Of a stretch of 36,669 bases of DNA, positions 25,303 through 34,714 are shown in pieces (the stretch's first letter is position 1; every line of letters starts with the position of its first letter). Location: IMG/VR virus record IMGVR_UViG_3300048577_000566, positions 1 to 36,669 of that record; one strand, written 5' to 3'. The position numbers were made by a program, and so were the translations under genes. The notes under the pieces are model-generated. The model saw nothing but the letters and a program-made list of their open reading frames with translations. It had not been told where the DNA came from and searched no databases. The stretch is from a virus (lineage: Duplodnaviria; Caudoviricetes).

Positions 25303-25989
25303 ATGGCATCGTTCTTCGACACGCTTTTCGGCGGCGGCGCCGAGAAGGAAGCCGCCGAGCGCAACCGCGTGCTGTTGAGCGATTATCTTGGCAAAGGTAC
25401 GTCTGCGCTCGACACCGGATATGATCGGTCCAAGTCTGCGCTCGATACTGCCTACGGGTCGTTGAGCGGTTTGGCCGGGAAGTATGGTCAGGCCACTACC
25501 ACTTATCTCAACGCTCTTGGCGTAAACGGCGCGGACGCTGCGCGGACGGCGCAGCAGTCCTTTGTCAACAATCCCGGCAACGACGCGGCAATCACGGCCG
25601 GCCTTGATGCGATCAACCGTCGTCGGGCAGCGGCTGGGATGACAAATAGCGGCAATGCCGATCTCGACGCACTGACGTTCGGGCAGAACCAGCAGAACCA
25701 GCAATACGGATCGTGGCTTGATAGGCTCGGCGGCTTTGTGTCGCCTGAGCTATCGGCGACGACAGGCGGTGCCGGCGTGCAGCAGAGCCTTGCCGATCTG
25801 TCACAGAGCGATGCGGCGAACCGTGTCGGGCTCTATGGCAACTACACGACCGGCAATGTTGCGGCCAACAACATGCAGGCGCAGGGCGAGTCTCAGGGTG
25901 CGCGGAACCTGCTCGGCGGCGCTTTGTCGCTGGCCGGGCTCGGCCTCAAGGCTAGCGGCATCGGCGGCTTTGGTTCGGCGTTGAAATAG
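25303..25989 (+). CDS. DNA ejection/pilot protein (gp7 position)
   Basis: Gly/Ala/Asn/Gln-rich. NPG...G..A..R..AA.G...SG motif. GAGGA RBS. Confidence 0.7.
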   Translation: MASFFDTLFGGGAEKEAAERNRVLLSDYLGKGTSALDTGYDRSKSALDTAYGSLSGLAGKYGQATTTYLNALGVNGADAARTAQQSFVNNPGNDAAITAGLDAINRRRAAAGMTNSGNADLDALTFGQNQQNQQYGSWLDRLGGFVSPELSATTGGAGVQQSLADLSQSDAANRVGLYGNYTTGNVAANNMQAQGESQGARNLLGGALSLAGLGLKASGIGGFGSALK

Positions 25990-26000
25990 GGGTCAGACTG

Positions 26001-26987
26001 ATGGCAAGCATCCCCGGACTTGCAATCCCCGGCTACACGCAACAGCGCGACGTGGACTGGGCGCCGCTTTCCGACCTCGGGAAGGTGCTGGGGGAGAACA
26101 GGCTGAACAATCAGCGCAGGGAGGCAATGTCGCTTGCCGCGCTAGGAACAGACGGGACGCCTGACTACAAGAAGACAATCAACAGTCTCGTTGGCCTCGG
26201 TGATTTTGCCGGCGCGGGTCAGGTCGCGGCCATTCAGAAGGCGGTGGCCCCTGAATCATCTGCCGATATGCAGGCGTATTCGCTCTACACGCGGCAGGGC
26301 GGTAAGCTGCCATACCTCGACTTCAAGAAGCAACTCGTGGAAGCTGGGTCCACGAGGATCAACAACACGACGAACGTCAACAACGTCGGTGAAAGAGAAT
26401 ACGATAAAGCGCTGAATAAGGAGCTGGCAGACGTATTCCTTGGCTATCAGAAGGCGGGGAGGAATGCAGCCGGCGCGATCAACACCTTGAACTATATGGA
26501 GGGCCTGACCAAGAGCCCAAGTTTCTATTCCGGCGCTGGCGGTGATCTTGTTACGAAGGGTAAGCAGGCGCTCTCCTCGATGGGAATTTCAGCGCCAGAA
26601 GCGGCAAGTCCGAACGAAGTATTTAAGGCGCTTAGCAATAAATTGACGTTGGACGCTGCTGGCGGCTCCCTTGGAGCTCAAATTTCCAACAGCGATGTTG
26701 CTTTCCTGCAAGCCATAAATCCGAATCTCGTCTCTACGCCAGAAGGTAACCGAGAGCTGATCGGCTATCACCGAAAGGTGTACCAGAGGCAGCAGGAAGT
26801 TGCGCGAATGGCTCGCGAGTACGCAAAGACGCATGGCGGCCGGATTGACGCTGGCTTTGAACAAGTTGTTGCGGACTACGCTGAGAAGAATCCTCTGTTC
26901 ACGCGCAGTCCAAATGCGCCGAAGGTGGGCTCTCAGCCGACGTTCGGCGACATTGACGCCGAAATCAAACGCCGCGGGCTCCGCTGA
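26001..26987 (+). CDS. DNA ejection protein (gp20 position)
   Basis: 328 aa. G.QISNSDV.FL motif. Synteny. Confidence 0.65.
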   Translation: MASIPGLAIPGYTQQRDVDWAPLSDLGKVLGENRLNNQRREAMSLAALGTDGTPDYKKTINSLVGLGDFAGAGQVAAIQKAVAPESSADMQAYSLYTRQGGKLPYLDFKKQLVEAGSTRINNTTNVNNVGEREYDKALNKELADVFLGYQKAGRNAAGAINTLNYMEGLTKSPSFYSGAGGDLVTKGKQALSSMGISAPEAASPNEVFKALSNKLTLDAAGGSLGAQISNSDVAFLQAINPNLVSTPEGNRELIGYHRKVYQRQQEVARMAREYAKTHGGRIDAGFEQVVADYAEKNPLFTRSPNAPKVGSQPTFGDIDAEIKRRGLR

Positions 26988-29122
26988 TGGTCGACCTTTC
27001 CTCGCTCAGCAACGAACAACTTCTGGCGTTGCGTGAATCCATGTCGGGTACGTCGGATAGTCCGACGACGCCAGGTGTGAAGCGCGTCACGGTTGATACC
27101 GGAGCGATTGGCAAGACGAATGATCTTTCGTCTTTGTCGAATGAGGAACTGCTTGCGCTGCGGGATAAGATGTCGCCCATGAACCGTGTCGCGGAGACGG
27201 CGAAGGGTATCGGCCGTGCGATTGATGCAGGTGTGGCCCGCGGCGTCGCGGGGATCGGCGGCGCCGTTGGCGATGTGATGGACGCGGTCGGCTCATTGAT
27301 GAGCGCCGGCCGCAACGCATACGAGCGTCATACGGGTCAGCCCGAGAGCCCGCTTCTTGACCGGTCACAAACCATTTTTGGCGCAATCCCGACCAGCGCT
27401 GAGCTTCGCAAAGAGATCGAGCGGCAGTTCTACGACGGCCAACCGCTTCATGATCCGCAAGGCAAGGTGGAGGAATACGCCCAAACCATCGGTGAGTTTG
27501 CGCCCAACGCTGTTGGCGGGGTAGGTCGGCGGCTGGTCCAGCGCGCAGGTCAGGTTCTTCTGCCCGCGGTCGCCAGCGAGACGGCCGGGCAGGTGACGAA
27601 GGGATCAAGCGTCGAGCCATGGGCTAGGTTTGTGGGTGCTATAGGCGGGGGTGGTGCTTCGCTTCTGCTGAACAGGCCCGGCACAACGGCGGCGGCCATC
27701 AAGGCGCAGCTCCCGGAAGGCGTCACGCCGCAGATGGTCGATCAGGCCGAAGCCCTGATGATGCAGGCTCGGCAGCAAGGCATTGACTTGGCGTGGCCCG
27801 AGGCGCTGAGCCAGGTCGCGCAGCGGCCGGTTCTGACGAACGTCATGCGGCATCTTGAGGCGTCGCCGCAGACCGAAGCCAGAATGGCCGAGTTCTTCGG
27901 CCAGCGCCCGCAGCAGGTCGAGCAGGCGTCCCGCTCTCAGTTTGACAACATCGCTCCGGTGAACCGCAATCCGTCGACCATTGGCCGAGAGGTGGGCAGG
28001 GCGGCCGAAGAAGAAGTGAACTTCACCCGCAATGCTATCAACGACGCTTCGGAGCCATTTTATAGGCAGGCCGAGGCAACCTTGTTAACGCCGCAGGAGA
28101 TGTTTCAGGTTCGCGCCGTTCCGGGATTTGCAGAAGCGGCGAAGGCGGTCAGGAGTGATCCGCAGCTAAACAGGTACGTCAAATATCTTCCTGACAACTC
28201 GGTTGGATTCCTGAACGAGGTCAAGAAGTATCTCGATACTGCGAAAGAAAATGCGTCGTCCGCGGTGAACGCGCAACGCAATATGCAGCGGTCGGCAGGT
28301 TATGGCAGCGACGCGACGCGAATCCGGAACATTGCCCGTACCGTGGACGATCAGAGAGGACGCGGAGATTACGCGACGGCGCTCGAAATTCAGGAGCGTG
28401 GGCGCAGGGAAGTCTTACAACCCTTGTTGGACGGATATGTCGGTAGGCTCGCTAAACAGGACCAGACGACGCGCCAGGCGATCGATGCTCTCTTTCCGAA
28501 GAACCCGCTTCCGAACAGCGAACATGAGATCGGACAGGCGGTGCAAGCTCTGACGCGGCGTAACCCAAAAGCGGCAATCGATCTTGTCCGGGCTCACGTC
28601 GAGAGCGTGTTCAACGAGGCCGCGAAGGACCTACAGACCGGGGCCAACCAGGCCGGCGGTGCGAAATTCAGAACGCAGCTTGTCGGCAATGCTCAGCAGC
28701 GGCTCAATCTTCGCGAAGCTGTCGAGGCGTTACCTAACGGAGCGGAACGCTGGAAGGGGTTCAACAACTTCCTAGACGTGCTGGAAGCGACTGGAACGCG
28801 TCAGGGGATTGGGAGCAGGACAACCTATAACGAGCAGTTTTCCAAGAACATTGGCGTGGGCGGTGTCGTTGCCGATACGCTCAAGACTGGAGCCAATCCC
28901 GCCCGCTTTGGTCAGAAGTTCATTGATCGGTACGAGCGTTACAAGGTCGGCAGGGATCTAGGGCAACTTGCGAATATCCTGACGGACCCGCGGTCCGGGA
29001 ATCTGCTCAGGGAGATCGCGCGAACGGCCCCCGGGTCCGAAAAAGCTCGGCTCCTTGCGTTCAGGCTGATCAGTTATGCGGAAGCGTCGCGTGCTGCGCC
29101 AGTCGAGAAAACGGGCAAGTAG
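26987..29122 (+). CDS. Large DNA ejection protein (gp16 position)
   Basis: 711 aa, helical. N-terminal DLSSLSNE.LLALR duplicated. Synteny. Confidence 0.65.
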   Translation: MVDLSSLSNEQLLALRESMSGTSDSPTTPGVKRVTVDTGAIGKTNDLSSLSNEELLALRDKMSPMNRVAETAKGIGRAIDAGVARGVAGIGGAVGDVMDAVGSLMSAGRNAYERHTGQPESPLLDRSQTIFGAIPTSAELRKEIERQFYDGQPLHDPQGKVEEYAQTIGEFAPNAVGGVGRRLVQRAGQVLLPAVASETAGQVTKGSSVEPWARFVGAIGGGGASLLLNRPGTTAAAIKAQLPEGVTPQMVDQAEALMMQARQQGIDLAWPEALSQVAQRPVLTNVMRHLEASPQTEARMAEFFGQRPQQVEQASRSQFDNIAPVNRNPSTIGREVGRAAEEEVNFTRNAINDASEPFYRQAEATLLTPQEMFQVRAVPGFAEAAKAVRSDPQLNRYVKYLPDNSVGFLNEVKKYLDTAKENASSAVNAQRNMQRSAGYGSDATRIRNIARTVDDQRGRGDYATALEIQERGRREVLQPLLDGYVGRLAKQDQTTRQAIDALFPKNPLPNSEHEIGQAVQALTRRNPKAAIDLVRAHVESVFNEAAKDLQTGANQAGGAKFRTQLVGNAQQRLNLREAVEALPNGAERWKGFNNFLDVLEATGTRQGIGSRTTYNEQFSKNIGVGGVVADTLKTGANPARFGQKFIDRYERYKVGRDLGQLANILTDPRSGNLLREIARTAPGSEKARLLAFRLISYAEASRAAPVEKTGK

Positions 29123-29263
29123 CCAACTGGCAACGAAGGCAACGAACATCGCAATGATGCCTGGCGCGAGTCCGAACTTCGTTACGTCGATCACCATCAT
29201 TTGCAAGCCAAATACGATGCTTGCCACGACGCCCTGAAACAGCAGCCATTTGAATTGGAGCAT
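28958..29263 (-). CDS. Two-TM moron protein, candidate superinfection exclusion
   Basis: AGGAG RBS, its own promoter and two hydrophobic helices. Antisense to the late operon. Confidence 0.65.
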   Translation of the reverse strand: MLQFKWLLFQGVVASIVFGLQMMVIDVTKFGLAPGIIAMFVAFVASWLLARFLDWRSTRRFRITDQPERKEPSFFGPGGRSRDLPEQIPGPRVRQDIRKLP

Positions 29264-29334
29264 CGTTAGGCGGGCTCCTGTCGCTCTAAGGGGTGATGGT
29301 CAGGCAATGCGGTGCTCAAATGGGGTAAAACAAA

Positions 29335-29363
29335 ATTCTAGGCCGATAATGCCGTCCTCGCAA
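29335..29363 (-). promoter_or_regulatory. sigma70 promoter for the moron gene
   Basis: Minus strand TTGCGA-N17-TAGAAT. Confidence 0.75.
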
Positions 29364-29459
29364 CCCGTCCTAAATGCTGGTTATTCATAGGGAAAGTCCG
29401 GATCGGCAATTTATCTCTGATGTAGTGCAAGAATAGAAAGCGATATAGCAAATATGTTT

Positions 29460-29491
29460 ACGGCGATCCTCACGGGTCGCCGTTTTCTTTT
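29460..29491 (+). terminator. Rho-independent terminator before fibre genes
   Basis: ACGGCGATCC-tcac-GGGTCGCCGT TTTCTTTT. Confidence 0.8.
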
Positions 29492-29503
29492 GGGGAATGA
29501 GGA

Positions 29504-30478
29504 ATGGCTGGATCAATCTCACTGTCGCTCAGTCAGCAATTTGACGAGCACGGCAAGCCGCTCGGCGGCGGTCGGCTGTACTTTATCCAGGCCGGCACGG
29601 TCGCGACGCCGCAGAACGCGTTTCAGGACACCGACCTGACCATCCCGCATCCGAACCCGATCATCCTTGACGCGGCGGGGCGGGTGCCGGCGTTTTATCT
29701 CGCAGACGGCCAGATCAAAGTCCGCATCGAATCCAAGATCGGTGTGGCGCAGATAGTGCAGGATAACCTGCTAGTGATCGGGCCGAGCTCGGGCGGCGGG
29801 GGCGGCGGGGGCGGCGGGGGCGGCGTCGATCCGACCACGATATATCAGGTCGGAGACGTGATGTGGCTCGACCAGTCCGGGGCGCGCACGGGTTGGGTGA
29901 GGGACAACGGTCGAAGCATCGGAAGCTCGACGTCGGGAGCGACCGAGCGTGCGAACGCCGACTGTCAGGCGCTCTTTGTCTGGCTATGGGCAACCTACAG
30001 CAACACGATTTGCCCGGTTTCTGGCGGCCGAGGCGTCAATGCCGCAGCGGACTGGGCAGCTAACAAGACGATCCAGTTGCCCGACAAACGCGGCTACGTG
30101 GTCGGCGGCCTCGACGACATGGGCAACAGCGCGGCGGGGCGCTATGTCAGCGTGCCCGTCGCATCCGGCGATGCCACGACGCCTGGGAGTATTCTCGGGG
30201 AAGCAACGAGCGTCCTGGCTACCGCAAACCTGCCGCCTTACACGCCGTCCGGCAATGTCGGCATTCACGACCCTGGCCACGGTCACGGCGGTGTCCTGCG
30301 GCGCGGCGGTGTCGGAGCGAACAATCCGGGTGGCATTGGGCCTTCTGCCGAAGGCGGCACCGATGGGGCTACCACGGGTATCTGGGCGGATTTCTCCGGC
30401 AACGCGCAGGGCGGCACCTCGACGCCGCACAACAACGTGCAGAAAACTGTGCTCGGCACCTTCTACAGGAAGCTGTGA
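29504..30478 (+). CDS. Tail fibre/collar protein with virion-attachment N-terminus
   Basis: GKPL.GG.LYF..AGT...NPIILDAAGR head-binding-like start, Gly11 linker, collar-like LPD.RG...G.D and HNNVQ motifs. Confidence 0.75.
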   Translation: MAGSISLSLSQQFDEHGKPLGGGRLYFIQAGTVATPQNAFQDTDLTIPHPNPIILDAAGRVPAFYLADGQIKVRIESKIGVAQIVQDNLLVIGPSSGGGGGGGGGGGVDPTTIYQVGDVMWLDQSGARTGWVRDNGRSIGSSTSGATERANADCQALFVWLWATYSNTICPVSGGRGVNAAADWAANKTIQLPDKRGYVVGGLDDMGNSAAGRYVSVPVASGDATTPGSILGEATSVLATANLPPYTPSGNVGIHDPGHGHGGVLRRGGVGANNPGGIGPSAEGGTDGATTGIWADFSGNAQGGTSTPHNNVQKTVLGTFYRKL

Positions 30479-30479
30479 C

Positions 30480-30818
30480 ATGGCGATCCAGCTTACATCT
30501 TCCGCAACGAACAACGCGGACTGGAAAACGCAGTTCGAGTTCACGGACGCGGAAACCGGAGACCTAATCGATTTTTCCGGCGCGGTGATCGAGATCGAGG
30601 TGAAGGACCAAGATCGCTGCAAGCGGATCGAGGCGACCACGTCCAACAGCAAAATCACGATCAATTCGAGCGGCTTTGAGCTTTTTGTGCCAGCCTCGGA
30701 AATGCAAAGCCTTTGCGCCGGATCGTATCTGATCGGGGGCGTCTATCAGCTCAACAGCGAGACGATTTCGCTGTTCACCGGCACGCTCTCTGTGGTCGAT
30801 GGAGTCGCTCGGATATGA
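30480..30818 (+). CDS. Small fibre adaptor-like beta protein
   Basis: 112 aa. Starts 1 nt after the previous stop and is ATGA-coupled to the next gene. Confidence 0.65.
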   Translation: MAIQLTSSATNNADWKTQFEFTDAETGDLIDFSGAVIEIEVKDQDRCKRIEATTSNSKITINSSGFELFVPASEMQSLCAGSYLIGGVYQLNSETISLFTGTLSVVDGVARI

Positions 30819-32713
30819 CTGTCCCCGTTCTGAGGATCAATGTCCTCCCAAAGCCGACGATCCGCGGCAAGATGGATGTGAGATTTCCGGCCAGCGTGTC
30901 GGGCCGTATCGGTGTAGTGCTCGAAAAAATCGCTGGTCACTATTACTTCGATATCGACTATTCGCAGTTCGGCGAAACCGCAACGATCCCAGACTATTTG
31001 GAGCAGACCACTTACTTTCTGACCTGGGAGAGCGGAGCGAATGCGTTTTCGCGCATCAGCGTTACCGGTCTCAAGGCAGATATCACTGCGACGTTCGACA
31101 ACCAGTATCAACCGCTCGACGCGACATTAACCGCTCTTGCCGGTTTGGACGCGACGCCGGGACTCCTGGTGCAGACCGGCGAAGATACCTTCGCCCGTCG
31201 ATCGCTCGCAGCGCCGGCCTCTGGCCTTACGATCACAAATCCGGCTGGAACCGCTGGCGATCCTACATTTGCGTTGTCAAATGATCTGGCCGCTGTTGAA
31301 GCCTTGAGCGGCACGGGTCTTGCGCGCAGAACAGGTCTGGATACCTGGTCGGTCGGTACGACGGTTGCGGTGGATGAGGGAGGAACTGGCGCAACAACAG
31401 CGGCCGGGGCTCGCACCAATCTTGGCCTTGTACCAGGCACCAATGTGCAGGCTTGGGACGCCGATCTTGACGCGGTTGCCGGGTTGTCATCGACAGGCAT
31501 CATTGCGCGTACAGGGGCGGGGACGGCAGCCACACGCACCCTGACGGCACCCGCTGCCGGCGTCACGGTCAGCAATGGTGATGGCGTTGCCGGCAATCCA
31601 GCACTGGCGCTGGCCAACGATCTCGCTGCGCTTGAAGGGCTAAGCGGCACGGGCATTGCCCGTCGCACCGGTCCGGATGCGTGGAGCACCGGCACCTTGG
31701 TCTCCAACGCCGAACTGGCGACGATGGCGACCGGCACGATTAAGGGCAACGTCTCTGGCTCGACCGCTACGCCATCGGATTTGACGGCAACGCAAGTTAC
31801 TGCAGCGCTCAATACGATGGTTGGCGACAGCGGAGCTGGCGGGAGCAAAGGTCTTGTGCCGGCACCTAGTGCTGGGGACGCGGCATCTGGCAAGTACCTC
31901 AAAGCCGATGGGTCTTGGCAGGTGCCGCCTGGTGGAGGCGGTGGAGGCGGTGGAAGCGGTCGCGAGCTGCTCACCGCCAACCGCACCTATTACGTCCGCG
32001 CCGACGGCAGCGACAGCAACAACGGCTTGAGCAATTCGGCGGGCGGCGCGTTCCTGACGATTCAAAAGGCGGCCAACGTCGTGGGCGCGCTGGATGCCTC
32101 GATCTACAACGTCACGATCTCGATCGGGGCGGGGACGTTTTCCGAAGACGTGAAGCTGCCGGCGGTGCTCGGCAGCGGCGTCTACACGCTGACCGGCGCA
32201 GGCGTTGCATCCACCACGATCAAGTCGATCGAGTTTTTGCCGCGCTCCACCTGGAAGTACAACAACGTCAAGGTCAGCGGCGGCGTCTCGCTGATCATCC
32301 TGGGCGCATTTTCGAACGTGCGGGCCAATGGGCCGACCGAGTACGGCACAGCGACTGATGATCATATCAGGCTGGTCGACGCCATGGCCTCATGGATCGC
32401 CGAGAGCAACTACACGATCTCCGGCGGCGCCGCGCGACATTGGCGAACTGATGATGGTGGCATGATCTTCGCCTATGGACGAACCGTGACGTTGACGAAC
32501 TCGCCGAATTTCTCGGACGCCTTTGTCCGCTGCGTCTACGGCGGCAAGGTCATTGCGGGAGCGATGACGTTCAACAACAAGGCCAGCGCGACAGGAATGA
32601 GATATCTTATCTCGACAAATGCGATCGTTGGGGTCGACGGAGGCGGCGAGACTTATCTTCCGGGCAGTTCTAATGGTTATGTCGATACTACATCTGGAGG
32701 CATCTACCGATGA
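30815..32713 (+). CDS. Tail fibre / receptor-binding protein
   Basis: GGTGATTAAGARTNLGL fibre motif, two internal repeats of about 80 aa, Gly linker, then TYYVR.DGSD.N.GL...AF.TIQ.A beta-helix-type domain. Confidence 0.82.
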   Translation: MTVPVLRINVLPKPTIRGKMDVRFPASVSGRIGVVLEKIAGHYYFDIDYSQFGETATIPDYLEQTTYFLTWESGANAFSRISVTGLKADITATFDNQYQPLDATLTALAGLDATPGLLVQTGEDTFARRSLAAPASGLTITNPAGTAGDPTFALSNDLAAVEALSGTGLARRTGLDTWSVGTTVAVDEGGTGATTAAGARTNLGLVPGTNVQAWDADLDAVAGLSSTGIIARTGAGTAATRTLTAPAAGVTVSNGDGVAGNPALALANDLAALEGLSGTGIARRTGPDAWSTGTLVSNAELATMATGTIKGNVSGSTATPSDLTATQVTAALNTMVGDSGAGGSKGLVPAPSAGDAASGKYLKADGSWQVPPGGGGGGGGSGRELLTANRTYYVRADGSDSNNGLSNSAGGAFLTIQKAANVVGALDASIYNVTISIGAGTFSEDVKLPAVLGSGVYTLTGAGVASTTIKSIEFLPRSTWKYNNVKVSGGVSLIILGAFSNVRANGPTEYGTATDDHIRLVDAMASWIAESNYTISGGAARHWRTDDGGMIFAYGRTVTLTNSPNFSDAFVRCVYGGKVIAGAMTFNNKASATGMRYLISTNAIVGVDGGGETYLPGSSNGYVDTTSGGIYR

Positions 32714-33108
32714 TGGGGCAATATGATCCACGTGATTGGTACTGGATCGTTGCCGCCGACGAGAGCCGCGCCTATTCGAGCGTCGCGCGCGGCTTTGTCG
32801 ACGCTGCCCTTGCCGACCCCGACCGCATCACGCGGATCGACAGCATGGACAGCCTCAAGCAGGTGCTGCGCGCCGCCAACGTGCCGCCGTATCACTCGGT
32901 GAGCCCCTATCGCATCGTGCGGCGGCTGGAGGCTGCCGGGCTCGCGCAGCAGGCGCTCGGCGTGATCGAGGCGCCGGACAACGCCGTGCTCAAGGCGCGG
33001 TTTTACACGCTCGCCGGTGTCGGTGGCATTCCGGCCGACGATCCAGATGCCGTTGCGCTGGTGCTGGCGGCTGGAGCCGATCCGGCAGAGATCCTGGCGC
33101 CGGAATAG
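32710..33108 (+). CDS. Fibre-associated (assembly/chaperone-like) protein
   Basis: 132 aa, coupled to the fibre gene. YDPRDWYWIV start. Confidence 0.55.
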   Translation: MMGQYDPRDWYWIVAADESRAYSSVARGFVDAALADPDRITRIDSMDSLKQVLRAANVPPYHSVSPYRIVRRLEAAGLAQQALGVIEAPDNAVLKARFYTLAGVGGIPADDPDAVALVLAAGADPAEILAPE

Positions 33109-33195
33109 CTGCAGACAAATCTCAGGAGACATCAACCATGCCCAACGCTGCGCCCGCGGCGCGTTCCGCGCTGCCTGCGAAAATGAGCCCGTGAA

Positions 33196-33414
33196 ATGCG
33201 CCTGATCGACAACTGGAAATCCAAGATCGGCAAGCTCTGGTCGGTGAGAGTGGCTGTCGGCGGGATCATTTTTTGGGGTGCCTTGTCGGGCCTATGGGCA
33301 ATCTGGCCGGCCTTCGTGGATTGGCTCCCGCTTTGGTTTTACGCCGTAGGCGGGGTCCTTATGTCGGTAGCGCTCGCCGTGGCGCGCGTGCTCAAGCAGC
33401 CTGGAATCGAGTGA
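33196..33414 (+). CDS. Putative holin (two TM)
   Basis: 72 aa. LI.NW....KLWSVR...ARVLKQ. Directly before the endolysin. Confidence 0.7.
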   Translation: MRLIDNWKSKIGKLWSVRVAVGGIIFWGALSGLWAIWPAFVDWLPLWFYAVGGVLMSVALAVARVLKQPGIE

Positions 33415-33899
33415 TGGCGACGAAGCGGCAGAAGGTCGCCGTCAAGGCAGGCGCCGGAATGTTCGCCGCTGCGGCGTTGTTTGTGGGCGGGTGGGAAGGA
33501 CTGTATCTCAAGCCCTATCGCGACATCGTCGGCGTGGTGACTGTTTGTTACGGCGAAACCGAAGACGTGAAAATGATAGACGCGCCGCGGACTCCGCAGC
33601 AATGCCGCGACCTGCTCGCGTCCAAGCTGCCCCGCTACTACGGGGAGGTTGCGGCGTGTTGGGGCCAGAAGGTCGAAGACCGGCTCACCGACAACATGCG
33701 AGTCGCTTTCGTGTCAGGCGCCTACAATTTCGGCTCGGCTGCATTCTGTAAGTCATCGATGGTGCGCGCGCTTGAAGCGGGCGACATGCGTGGCGCGTGC
33801 CACGCCCTGCGTCTCTACAACCGTGCCGGTGGTCGTGTTGTGAAGGGTCTCGATAACCGGCGCCGCGCCGAAGAAAAACTCTGTCTGGAGGGGTTGTGA
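33414..33899 (+). CDS. GH24 lysozyme endolysin, probably SAR-type
   Basis: E-x8-D-x5-T triad (EGLYLKPYRDIVGVVT), AYNFG, GL.NRR..E..LC. Basic then Ala/Gly-rich N-terminal anchor. Confidence 0.93.
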   Translation: MATKRQKVAVKAGAGMFAAAALFVGGWEGLYLKPYRDIVGVVTVCYGETEDVKMIDAPRTPQQCRDLLASKLPRYYGEVAACWGQKVEDRLTDNMRVAFVSGAYNFGSAAFCKSSMVRALEAGDMRGACHALRLYNRAGGRVVKGLDNRRRAEEKLCLEGL

Positions 33900-34177
33900 T
33901 GCCGATCATTCTTGCCGTCGCCAATTTGTTTGGCATCAGCGTGTTTCGGCTTGCCGCCTATGCCGCTGTCGCTGCCGCAATCACTGTCGGCGCCATCACG
34001 ATCCGTCAGCACTACGTCAACAAGGGCTACAAGAGCGCGATCGAAGCCGTGAAAAAGCAGGACCAGCGCGCCGTCGATGCCGCAACAAAGGTAGAGCAAA
34101 AGGCCACGGTCTGCACCGAGCAGAATGGCTATTGGGACGTCATCACGCAAGGCTGTAAACTGGAGGATGCGGAATGA
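33899..34177 (+). CDS. Putative inner-membrane spanin (Rz-like)
   Basis: N-terminal TM, helical periplasmic part, two C-terminal Cys. Follows the endolysin. Confidence 0.65.
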   Translation: MPIILAVANLFGISVFRLAAYAAVAAAITVGAITIRQHYVNKGYKSAIEAVKKQDQRAVDAATKVEQKATVCTEQNGYWDVITQGCKLEDAE

Positions 34178-34380
34178 GATCGATCTTGATTGTTGCGCTG
34201 GCCGCACTTGTTGGCGGCTGCGCGAGTCCAGGGCCAGCCAGCGTGCAGGGCGGCGAGTGCAAGGCGTTCAGCGATCCCGGATTTGCCGTCCAAGGCAAGC
34301 GCCTGAAGGACAAGCAATGGATTGGCAAAACGCAGGAGACCGGCATTCAGGTGTGCGGTTGGAAGCGGCCCCGGGTCTAG
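34174..34380 (+). CDS. Putative outer-membrane lipoprotein spanin (Rz1-like)
   Basis: Signal peptide with lipobox LVGG-C. Confidence 0.7.
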   Translation: MRSILIVALAALVGGCASPGPASVQGGECKAFSDPGFAVQGKRLKDKQWIGKTQETGIQVCGWKRPRV

Positions 34381-34390
34381 GAATGCCGAA

Positions 34391-34684
34391 ATGGAAAGCC
34401 AGGACGTCAGGGCTATCGTCGCGGAAGTTCTCGCCGAACAAAAGCGGCTCCATAACAATGAAATCGACGAAGTCGTTCTCAAAACTATCGCGACAATCCT
34501 GACATCGTTTGGAATTGAAGAAGAAGACCGCGCCGAGCTCCGCGCGGATTTTGTCCATCTGCGCCGCTGGCGCAAGAGTGTCGAGCAAGCCCAGGGCTAC
34601 GGGCTGAAGGCCATCGTGACCGTCATCATAAGCGGCGTGATCGGCGCGTTCTGGCTCGGTTTCAAAACGATGCTCGGCAAGTAG
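34391..34684 (+). CDS. Membrane protein with C-terminal TM (holin/antiholin-like)
   Basis: 97 aa with a single C-terminal hydrophobic helix, in the lysis cluster. Confidence 0.6.
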   Translation: MESQDVRAIVAEVLAEQKRLHNNEIDEVVLKTIATILTSFGIEEEDRAELRADFVHLRRWRKSVEQAQGYGLKAIVTVIISGVIGAFWLGFKTMLGK

Positions 34685-34714
34685 CCGACCAAAAAATCAT
34701 CTGAAAGGACCATC

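Noticed and set aside
26987-29122. Tape measure protein
   Set aside because: No tail tube, sheath or chaperone genes are present. The context is a podoviral ejection cluster.
31108-31986. 292-aa antisense ORF in the fibre gene, and similar long antisense ORFs elsewhere
   Set aside because: Typical antisense shadows of GC-rich genes, with no RBS, promoter or recognisable motif.
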